In this document: piece by piece, positions 34,919-42,614 of the stretch | How positions within the stretch are numbered: the first letter of the stretch is position 1 | Layout: each line of letters opens with the position of its first letter | Origin: Terriglobales bacterium | Lineage (GTDB): Bacteria; Acidobacteriota; Terriglobia; Terriglobales; SCQP01 | Length of the DNA stretch: 64,000 nt | Reading direction: 5' to 3' | Assembly: GCA_025451775.1 (NCBI GenBank) | Contig: JANWJU010000157.1 | Span: 635-64,634, forward strand | The notes under the pieces: model-generated | The model's database searches: none | What the model saw: the letters and a program-made list of their open reading frames with translations, nothing else | Told to the model about the DNA's origin: nothing | Program-made: the position numbers and the translations under genes

Positions 34919-37900
34919 TCAGTGATAGCGGTTGGGTGCTCCCGGCGTAGGCTCGCCATCGGATACCTGCGCGCCGCTGGCATGCGCCCGGGCCAAGGCC
35001 GCGCTGAGCCTAATTCCCGTGCCAGAGACTTGGACGCCGGCCGCGTGCGGATGCGCCAGCGGCGCTGCGACGGTGACCGTCATGGGGGTGCCAGGCCGGC
35101 CCCGGCGCACGGCGGCAATCGTCGCCGTCTCCGCGTCTGCGCCGCGATCAAGAGTAATGACCTGGCCATCGCGGAAGCCTTCCGCACTCGCCACCGGAAT
35201 CTCGGTCGCGCCCGCGTCAACGGCGCCGCTTACCGTGGTGCCGCCGGCCGTGCCCACGTTGGCGATCACCGCCGTTTCGAGGTTGGCGCCCATCCCGATC
35301 CGGATCGTTTCGCCGGCCTCGAAGCCGGCCACGCTGGTGACTTTAACATTGGTCGCCCCGGCGGCCGCCGCGGCCGCCAGCGCGGCATCGGTTTGCGTCC
35401 GGAAGTCGGCGCAGTTACTGTCGCTGTTGGCGCCGTCCGGGAAGCGGCCCGCGCTCGTATTGGTTGCAGCCGGTGCCGCGCCGAAGCGTCCGAACCCGGC
35501 TTGGGCAGGGCCGGGTGCGGCGACGTAGCAGCCGCTCTTCCCGGCGCCGGAGGCGCCCTGGTACCCCTCGGCGGCCCAAGGATCCACCAAGGCGCCGTAG
35601 TTGAGGCTGTCGACCACCAGGTCGGAGGCGTCCCGCAGCACCATGCTGCCTTGCCGCAGGGAGGAGGTGAAATTACCGAAACGGACGATGGTGGTGGCAA
35701 GCTCCGGGCCCCCAAACCATTGGTTGGGTGCCGGCGTCCCTTGATAGCCGGCGGTCGTGACCGCGGCATCGCGCACTGCCTCGTCGATGGCATGGTCTTT
35801 GGCCAACGGCCGATCGAGCGTTATTCCGGTGCCGAGCGGCAGGACCGGCTCGTTGCTCACATGCGCAAAGGCGGTGGCGGGCTCGAAGCTGATCCCCGTT
35901 CCGCGATCGCTGAAGGGGAGGTTGGACGCATGGTTGAACCGTAGCGGGGCAGCCAGATCGAGACCCGTGCCCAGGGTCTGCACCTCCTCGCCATTGGCAT
36001 GCGCTTGGTCGAGAGCCGGCGCAAATGCGATGCTCCCGCCTGCTCCGCCCGGCCTGAAACCCGCCCGCCCGCCGGTGCGAACCGTGGGCGTTAGGGCGCT
36101 GATGGTGACCGTGCTGCGGTGGTCCGGGGCGCCAATCAAGAGCTGATCGCCCACGGCAAAGCCGTTGAGGGAGCGCGCTTCGATCGTGGTCGCGCCCGCG
36201 CTGGCATCCCCCATCAGATTGGTGCGCACCATCGGCGTGCCCACGTGCGTGACGGTGACCGTCTCGATGCCATGGCCAACGCTGTCGATATCCAATGTGA
36301 TTTTGTCACCAACTGAAATGTCGGCGGTGGAGTTCACCTTGATATTGGTAGCTCCCTCGGGCGCCGCCGCGCCCAGCAACGCTTGCGTGCCCGGTTTTCC
36401 AACCGCGGTGATGGTAGCGACCTCATAGCGCTCGGTGGCATTGGCCACCGCTGGGGAGGTGGCGCCATAGCCGATGCCGATCTTCTCGCCCACCTTGAAG
36501 CCAGCCACGCTCGTGACCGGCACGTCGGTGGAACCTGCTGGAATCGTCACTGGACCTTCCGGGAGCGGCTGCCACACGGTCGTACTGTTGCCCGCCGCCG
36601 TCCCGAGGCTGGCGATCTTGCCAGTCTCCGCGCCGGAGCCGGTGCCGATGCTGACGCTATCGCCCACCGCCATGCCCGTCGTGTTTCTGACATGGATGGT
36701 GGCATCACCGGCGTGCGCCGCCACCGCCAGCCCGGAGTTGGCAAGGCCGAGCAGGTAGAAACCCTTGGCGGCGAGGTGCGTCCCGGCCGGAATCGTGACC
36801 TTGGAAAAGATCGCTTGCTGGGCCGGGTGCTCGGTCAGTGACCAGTTGGAGATGTCCGCGCTTTGGGAACCAGCGTTATAAAGCTCGATGAACGAATTCG
36901 TCGGGGAATCGGCGCTGATGCGGAACTCGTTGATCCTGATCGGGCTCTCGTTGCGTACCTTTTCGCTGGCCGTCACCGAGCGCTTCCCGCCGCTGACCGT
37001 CCACGAGGCATGGCTCACCAAATCGCCATTCAAGGCCGCCCGTCCCGAGGTGACCTTGAACGTCGCGCTCACGCTTGCACCCGGCGCCACCGGATGGGTG
37101 AACACGGCTGACTGCCTGCCAGTGCCCAGAACGACCGCCTTCCACTGTGGGTTGGGCAGGGCAAGGCTGAGGCTCAGCCCCGCCGCGGGGACGGCCGCAG
37201 TATTGGTGAAGGTCACCGTGGTGTTCTGCGAGGTGCCCGGCGCGAACGTCTGCAATCCGGTCGGCGCGGCCGTGGCCGCGGCCGGCGCCAGGCGCAGTGC
37301 CGCTACCCCGTACCCAGCCGCCACCACGTTAGCCTGCACCAATTGATCGGTGGCGTCGGTGGGGAACGTGCCCGCGGCGGTCATCGCGCCTTCATAGAAG
37401 GTCCCCTGGGCGCCGTTGCTGTTATCCCCACCATTGCCTAGGTCGATGGCGCCCTGCTTGCGCATCGGTGCATAGGTGGAGTTGACCCGGGGCCCGTTGT
37501 ACAGGACTGTGAGTTGGCCCTGCTGCGCATTGCCACCCAAGGTGGTCCAATGGTTCGCCTCGCCCTTGGCGATCGCGGTAACAAAGGGCCAGGTAATTGT
37601 TTTCAGGCTGGGACAGGTTTTGGAGCCGTCCGCGTTGACGCATCCGACTAAATTGTTCTCCTGGTCGGTCATGATCCAGGGGCCAGGAGCGGCTCCATGA
37701 AACCAGGCGCCGGCGTTGCCGAAGTAGGCAGTCTCCATGGTGCCGTTATCGTCGTCGTGGCTGTCGGTTTCGGCGTTGCCGTAATCGAAGCAGCACCCGG
37801 AGTTAAAGTGCCGTCCGTTAATCACCCAGTAAATCCCCTCGGCTTGGTCATCGACGGCGGTGCCTTTGGGGTTGTCGTTACGCAGGCCCATGCCGGGCTC

Positions 37901-38410
37901 GATGAAGACGCCGTAGACCTTGTGGCCCATGATCGTGACCGGCGCCATGTCGGCGACTGGGACGTTGTTCAACCCGCCCAGGGCGGGACCGCTGAAGTTG
38001 CCGCGCGGGGCCTGGGTGAGGTTGTTGTGCTTGGAGGATTGGTCGTAGATGGTGGTGATCCAGCAGTAGGTGTTGGCGCAAAAGCGGTCCTGCGCGACCG
38101 CATCGGCGTATCCGCCCGCGTCGGGGACAGGCGAGGCGACGGGCGGGACCACGCCAATGTCCAGGGTCTTGCCATCGGACTGGCGCACGACTTGGTACAG
38201 CGGCCCATTGTAGGAGGCGTACAAGGCGCGCGTGGTGCTGTCGGCGGAGACGCACGGGGTACCGGCGGCGGCGTAGATATCGCAGGGCCCTTGCGGCCGG
38301 GGCGGAGCCCCAGTGCTTTGCGCTACGGCCCACGCCGCACCCAGCAGCGCCAGCGTCATGGTGAGCCTAACGACACAATGGAAAACTTCAAAACCAAGTC
38401 GCGTCTTCAT
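34919..38410 (-). CDS. secreted GH54 alpha-L-arabinofuranosidase fused to NEW3-like, two lamin-tail (LTD) and multiple ~35-aa repeat domains
   Basis: The Met at 38410 gives signal peptide MKTRLGF...LALLGAAWAVAQS; the ORF track extends to 38458. Residues 57-385 (GPCDIYAAAGTPCVSADSTTRALY...CCFDYGNAETDS...GDNSNGAQGTFYEGAMT) are collinear with fungal AbfB (GH54) as I remember it. INEFRISADSPTNSFIELYNAG...ISNWSL is an LTD signature. Confidence 0.85.
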   Translation of the reverse strand: MKTRLGFEVFHCVVRLTMTLALLGAAWAVAQSTGAPPRPQGPCDIYAAAGTPCVSADSTTRALYASYNGPLYQVVRQSDGKTLDIGVVPPVASPVPDAGGYADAVAQDRFCANTYCWITTIYDQSSKHNNLTQAPRGNFSGPALGGLNNVPVADMAPVTIMGHKVYGVFIEPGMGLRNDNPKGTAVDDQAEGIYWVINGRHFNSGCCFDYGNAETDSHDDDNGTMETAYFGNAGAWFHGAAPGPWIMTDQENNLVGCVNADGSKTCPSLKTITWPFVTAIAKGEANHWTTLGGNAQQGQLTVLYNGPRVNSTYAPMRKQGAIDLGNGGDNSNGAQGTFYEGAMTAAGTFPTDATDQLVQANVVAAGYGVAALRLAPAAATAAPTGLQTFAPGTSQNTTVTFTNTAAVPAAGLSLSLALPNPQWKAVVLGTGRQSAVFTHPVAPGASVSATFKVTSGRAALNGDLVSHASWTVSGGKRSVTASEKVRNESPIRINEFRISADSPTNSFIELYNAGSQSADISNWSLTEHPAQQAIFSKVTIPAGTHLAAKGFYLLGLANSGLAVAAHAGDATIHVRNTTGMAVGDSVSIGTGSGAETGKIASLGTAAGNSTTVWQPLPEGPVTIPAGSTDVPVTSVAGFKVGEKIGIGYGATSPAVANATERYEVATITAVGKPGTQALLGAAAPEGATNIKVNSTADISVGDKITLDIDSVGHGIETVTVTHVGTPMVRTNLMGDASAGATTIEARSLNGFAVGDQLLIGAPDHRSTVTISALTPTVRTGGRAGFRPGGAGGSIAFAPALDQAHANGEEVQTLGTGLDLAAPLRFNHASNLPFSDRGTGISFEPATAFAHVSNEPVLPLGTGITLDRPLAKDHAIDEAVRDAAVTTAGYQGTPAPNQWFGGPELATTIVRFGNFTSSLRQGSMVLRDASDLVVDSLNYGALVDPWAAEGYQGASGAGKSGCYVAAPGPAQAGFGRFGAAPAATNTSAGRFPDGANSDSNCADFRTQTDAALAAAAAAGATNVKVTSVAGFEAGETIRIGMGANLETAVIANVGTAGGTTVSGAVDAGATEIPVASAEGFRDGQVITLDRGADAETATIAAVRRGRPGTPMTVTVAAPLAHPHAAGVQVSGTGIRLSAALARAHASGAQVSDGEPTPGAPNRYH

Positions 38411-38558
38411 GGATACCTGCCTCATCATCTGGGTGTCATGGATCACCCGCAGATTCAAGTTTTGTCTTACGGCGCTCTCAGTATAGGCCCGTTATCGTTA
38501 ACGTAAAGCCTAAAGTCGGGCTGGGAGCGCCAAGGCCTGATCTCCAGCGTTGTGGAGG

Positions 38559-39641
38559 TTACGACCGGGGAACCACCACCACACCCCACGGTCCTTGGCC
38601 CGCCGGTACCGTCTTAATGACCGAATTGGTGGCCAGATCCACCACCGACACGTCATTCGACGGCCCATTGGCCGAGAACAGCGTCGCACCGTCAGGCGAG
38701 AGCGCAATGCCCCAGGGGCGTGCGCCCACCTCGACCGAACTGAGGACCTTGTTGGTCTTGGTGTCCACTGTGAAAACCAAGCGGCCATGCCCGGTGGAGA
38801 CGTAGAGCTTGCTGCCGTCGGGCGACATGATCACGTCCATCGGTTTGATGACTCCCGCCTTGCCCAGCGTCATGGTCTTCATGACCTTGTAGGTCTTGGC
38901 GTTGACTTCCAACACGGTGCCGTCGTTTTCGGCGGGGATGTAGGCCCGCGAGCCATCCGGGGTGAAGACAATATTGCGGGGCCGGTGGCCCACGTTGAAG
39001 ACCGTGACCACCTTGTTGGTCGCTGGATCAAAGACGGTGATTTTCGAGGACTCTTCGGAAGTAAACCAGACTTGCTGGCCATTGGGCGTGAACTCAACGC
39101 CTTCGGGTTCAGCCCCCATCTTGACCGTCTGGATCACGTTGCCGGAGGCGATATCAACAATGGCGATGTCGGACGCGTCCTCGTTGGAGACATAGAGCCG
39201 CTTGCCATCGGGGCTAACGGCGAATTGCTCCGGGTTGTCACCGCCCTGAATGGTGCGCACCACCTTGTTTTGCTCCACGTCGTAGACCGCGATCCCATCG
39301 AGGCCGTGGTTGGGCGGCGGCAGCTTGCTCTCGTCCACGCCGGGGCCGGCGATGGGCGAGCCGCTGAGGGCGACGTAGATGAATTTACCGTCGGGGCTGG
39401 CGTGAATGCCCCGTGGCCGCCGGCCCAAGGGCACGGTCGCCAGAACGTTGAACCCATCTGAGCCGATCACGCTCATGTCGTTGCCGCGCTCGTCGCTGGC
39501 GTAGATGCGGTACGGGGAGGTGTCCTGCTGCAACGGCGTCTGCGCCACCGGTTGCGAGTTCGAGGATTTCGGGGACGAGTTGCATGCCCCCAGGCACGCC
39601 GCCAAGCCCGCCGCCAACAGCACCAGAGCCAGTTTGCGCAT
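38559..39641 (-). CDS. YVTN-family beta-propeller repeat lipoprotein
   Basis: The Met at 39641 gives MRKLALVLLAAGLAACLGAC (lipobox); the long ORF-track N-terminus to 40028 overlaps the ABC gene and is junk-like. Repeated ...PRGIHASPDGKFIYVA.../...FAVSPDGKRLYVS.../...IVFTPDGSRAYIP.../...IALSPDGATLFSA... blades are present. Confidence 0.85.
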   Translation of the reverse strand: MRKLALVLLAAGLAACLGACNSSPKSSNSQPVAQTPLQQDTSPYRIYASDERGNDMSVIGSDGFNVLATVPLGRRPRGIHASPDGKFIYVALSGSPIAGPGVDESKLPPPNHGLDGIAVYDVEQNKVVRTIQGGDNPEQFAVSPDGKRLYVSNEDASDIAIVDIASGNVIQTVKMGAEPEGVEFTPNGQQVWFTSEESSKITVFDPATNKVVTVFNVGHRPRNIVFTPDGSRAYIPAENDGTVLEVNAKTYKVMKTMTLGKAGVIKPMDVIMSPDGSKLYVSTGHGRLVFTVDTKTNKVLSSVEVGARPWGIALSPDGATLFSANGPSNDVSVVDLATNSVIKTVPAGQGPWGVVVVPRS

Positions 39642-39759
39642 GATGAGTCCTTTCCATTCTTTGGCCACGTCCGGGAGCGAAAGCCCCCAACTGCTATTCT
39701 GTTCAGACATTATTCCCCGGTCAACCGGAAATCCACGCCCGGCGCCTCGCCCGGCGTGT

Positions 39760-40539
39760 CTACCAGGCGTGGTAGTAACCGTCCTTTTCGTGGACGGTGA
39801 TAGGCGTGCCGAATAGCTCCGAGAGCACCTCCGAGCGCAGCACTTCGGCTTTGGGGCCATCGCGAAAGATCTGGCCCTGGCGCAGCAGCACCACACGCTC
39901 GATTTGCGGCAGCACCTCGCCGGTGTGGTGGGTGACCAGAACGATACTGTGGCCAGCATCGGCGAGGCCGGAGAGGATGGCGAGGAAGTCGCGCCGTCCG
40001 GGCAGGTCGAGGCTGGTGGTGGGCTCATCGAGCAAGAGCGTGTGTGGGCGGTGCACCAGGGCGCGGGCTAGCAGGCAGCGTCTCCCCTCGCCCGACGACA
40101 TGGCCTCCAACGAGCGATCCACGACCGATTCGATTTGGAGCTGCCGCACGGCCTCGCGCGCGCGCCGAGTCATCTCCGAAGTGGGCTGGCGCCGCCACAG
40201 CCCCACGGACGCCGAAAAGCTCGAGACGATCAGGTCCCACCCGGTGATGCCGCGAGCGAGTTCGCTCAGCATATCCGGGCTGACGATGCCCAGTTGGGAG
40301 CGTAGCTCGAACACATCCCAGACGCTCCGGCCGAAGATGGCGAGGCGGCTCCCCGGCTGGTACAAGGGATAAAGTTCCCGCGTCACCAGCTTGAGCAGCG
40401 TGGATTTCCCCGAGCCGTTGGGACCGAGGACGGCCACATGCTGGCCGCGGGGAATGTGCAGGGACACATCGTGGAGCCCCAGCTTGTGGCCGCGCTGCAC
40501 CGACACATGGTCCAGGCAAAGCAAATCTGGATCAGGCAT
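39760..40539 (-). CDS. ABC transporter ATP-binding protein (orphan, no adjacent permease)
   Basis: 259 aa. Walker A is GPNGSGKSTL, the signature is MSSGEGRR, and Walker B is LLLDEPTTSLD. Confidence 0.88.
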   Translation of the reverse strand: MPDPDLLCLDHVSVQRGHKLGLHDVSLHIPRGQHVAVLGPNGSGKSTLLKLVTRELYPLYQPGSRLAIFGRSVWDVFELRSQLGIVSPDMLSELARGITGWDLIVSSFSASVGLWRRQPTSEMTRRAREAVRQLQIESVVDRSLEAMSSGEGRRCLLARALVHRPHTLLLDEPTTSLDLPGRRDFLAILSGLADAGHSIVLVTHHTGEVLPQIERVVLLRQGQIFRDGPKAEVLRSEVLSELFGTPITVHEKDGYYHAW

Positions 40540-40567
40540 GAACGTCAGTATGCCCGACCGCCCGCGG

Positions 40568-40676
40568 TTGGAGGCAGCTTGGAGATGCCACGAGCAGAGC
40601 GGGCATCCCCTGCCGCCAATCGCAGCCCGCCCTCACGCGACCAGCGGGAGCGACCAAGCGAAGAGTGGCGAGCCAC
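40568..40676 (+). repeat. dispersed intergenic repeat, copy C (5' module with internal deletion + 3' module)
   Basis: TTGGAGGCAGCTTGGAGATGCCACGAGCAGAGCGGGCATCCCCTGCCGCC...AGCGGGAGCGACCAAGCGAAGAGTGGCGAGCCAC, in the divergent ABC/DoxX spacer. Confidence 0.85.
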
Positions 40677-40777
40677 ACAAAAGCCGAGATGCAAGGGGCC
40701 AAGCTTCGCGCGATCAGCCGCGGCCGGCGCCACCTGCGCCTTGACTTCGGCCGCCGACATCGGTACAACCAGAAGCT

Positions 40778-41224
40778 ATGACCCAATCCAGCCTCGCGGA
40801 TCGCTGGCATGCGGCGGCGCCGTACCTGCTCAGCGTGCTTCGCATCCTGGCGGCCTTCGTCTACATCGAGTACGGTACGACGAAGCTGTTCAAATACCCT
40901 TTCACCGTGATCCATTTCACTCCTGGCATCCTTACCACCATCGCCGGGCCCTTGGAGACGATCGGCGGCGCGCTGCTGCTGGTGGGCCTGTTCAGCCGCC
41001 CGGTGGCGTTCATCCTCGCTGGCGAAATGGCGGTCGCCTACTTCCACGTGCACGCGCCACGTGCTTTTTGGCCCATCAGCAACAGCGGCCAGTCGGCGGT
41101 GCTGTTCTGCTTTATCTGGCTCTACATCTCCGCCGCCGGACCCGGACGTTGGAGCTTGGATTGGCTCTGGCGCCGCCGCCGTCCCGCTCCCTCTCCGGCC
41201 CAGCAGAAAGCCTCTGCGGGCTGA
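40778..41224 (+). CDS. DoxX family membrane protein
   Basis: 148 aa with 4 TM segments. ...LLSVLRILAAFVYIEYGTTKLF...GGALLLVGLFSRPVAFILAGEMAVAYF... is the typical DoxX pattern. Confidence 0.8.
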   Translation: MTQSSLADRWHAAAPYLLSVLRILAAFVYIEYGTTKLFKYPFTVIHFTPGILTTIAGPLETIGGALLLVGLFSRPVAFILAGEMAVAYFHVHAPRAFWPISNSGQSAVLFCFIWLYISAAGPGRWSLDWLWRRRRPAPSPAQQKASAG

Positions 41225-41405
41225 GTTCCGGCCTGCCCGAGTTGCTCCCGGCGGCAGGGAAGATTTTGTAACTAACCTGCCGCCTGCCGGCTCTAATCCA
41301 TGCCGCGGCCGGCACATGATGATTGCTTCCTGTCGTTGGGCGATGCGCCGCCACGGGGCTTTCGCCGTACCTCGCCAGACAAGGTAAAATCATACAGAAT
41401 CCATC

Positions 41406-42584
41406 ATGCGCGCAACCTTCTCCCGTCAACTCGCGGGCTCCCGTCAATTTGCGGCGCTCTTGGCCGGCGCCGCCGCCGTCCTGGCTTTTGCGGGCTGCCA
41501 GCAGTCCGTGTCCAAGCCCACCGCCCGCGCCCCCGTGCCGGTTACCATCGCCCGCGTCACCGCCCAGAACGTGCCGACGCAGTTGCAGGCGATCGGCGCC
41601 GTGAAAACGGTCTCGACCGTGGCGGTTAAGTCCCTGGTCGGAGGCCAGCTCCGCACCGTGGAGTTCAAGCAGGGTGACACCGTCCGCAAGGGGCAGGTGC
41701 TGTTCACCATCGATCCCCAGCCCTATGAGGCGGCCCTGGCGCAAGCGCAAGCCAACTTGGCGCGGGATATGGCCAACAATTCCCAGGCCCAGCTCGAAGC
41801 CCACCGCTACGCCGATCTGGCCAAGCAGGGTATCGTTTCCGTCGAGGAAAACGAACAGCGCCAATCCGCCGCCGCCGCCGACGCCGCCATCGTCAGCGCT
41901 GATCAGGCCGCGGTGCAATCCGCCAAACTGAACCTCAGCTACGGCACCATCACCTCGCCCATCGATGGCCGCACCGGCAGCTTGTTGGTGCAGGCCGGCA
42001 ACGTGGTGCAGGCCAACACCACCATTCTTGTGACCATCAATCAGATCTCGCCCATCTACGTTGCCTTTTCCGTGCCGGAACAGTACCTGTTGGAGCTGAA
42101 GAAGTTCAATGCCAGCCATGCCTTGCCGGTGCAGGCGCAGGCGCAGGGCAATCCGCACATGGAGACCGGCGAGCTCTCGTTCATCAACAACAGCATCGAC
42201 AGCTCCACCGGCACCATCGAACTCATGGCCACCTTCCCCAACCAAGACCAGAGTCTGTGGCCGGGCGAGTATGTGAATACCGATGTGACCCTGGCCGTCG
42301 CCCGCAACGCCACCGTCGTCCCCTCCACGGCGGTGCTCACCGGCAACGACGGCATGTATGTGTACGTGCTTCAGCCCAATCGCACGGTCGAGGATCGTGC
42401 GGTGACGATCGGCACCATCATGAACGGCTTCACCGTCATTACCAAGGGGCTGACCCCGGGCGAGACGGTGGTGACCGATGGCCAGTTGTCGCTCGCGCCG
42501 GGCTCCGAGGTGCTGGTCAAGCAGGCCAGCGCGGATGTGGCCGGCGCCTCCAGCGCCGCCATGGGGGGTGCCACGGCGCAGTGA
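41406..42584 (+). CDS. efflux RND transporter periplasmic adaptor subunit
   Basis: 392 aa with a lipoprotein-like signal (LAFAGC). ...VGGQLRTVEFKQGDTVRKGQVLFTIDPQPYEAALAQAQANLA...NLSYGTITSPIDGRTG... matches the HlyD/AcrA family. Confidence 0.92.
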   Translation: MRATFSRQLAGSRQFAALLAGAAAVLAFAGCQQSVSKPTARAPVPVTIARVTAQNVPTQLQAIGAVKTVSTVAVKSLVGGQLRTVEFKQGDTVRKGQVLFTIDPQPYEAALAQAQANLARDMANNSQAQLEAHRYADLAKQGIVSVEENEQRQSAAAADAAIVSADQAAVQSAKLNLSYGTITSPIDGRTGSLLVQAGNVVQANTTILVTINQISPIYVAFSVPEQYLLELKKFNASHALPVQAQAQGNPHMETGELSFINNSIDSSTGTIELMATFPNQDQSLWPGEYVNTDVTLAVARNATVVPSTAVLTGNDGMYVYVLQPNRTVEDRAVTIGTIMNGFTVITKGLTPGETVVTDGQLSLAPGSEVLVKQASADVAGASSAAMGGATAQ

Positions 42585-42614
42585 AATCCACCGGTGGCCG
42601 GGCGATGCGGTGAT

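Noticed and set aside
38559-40028. The 489-aa version of the YVTN ORF, and similarly long N-terminal extensions of araB (to 33039), the APC permease (to 60673), GGDEF-A (to 47499) and araD (to 34983).
   Set aside because: The extensions overlap upstream genes and are Pro/Arg/Ser-rich junk. Internal Met codons give proper signal peptides or canonical N-termini.
40438-41317. A 277-aa plus-strand ORF and a 261-aa minus-strand ORF overlapping the repeat copy and DoxX.
   Set aside because: They begin inside the intergenic repeat and are low-complexity. The 148-aa DoxX frame has the expected 4-TM pattern.
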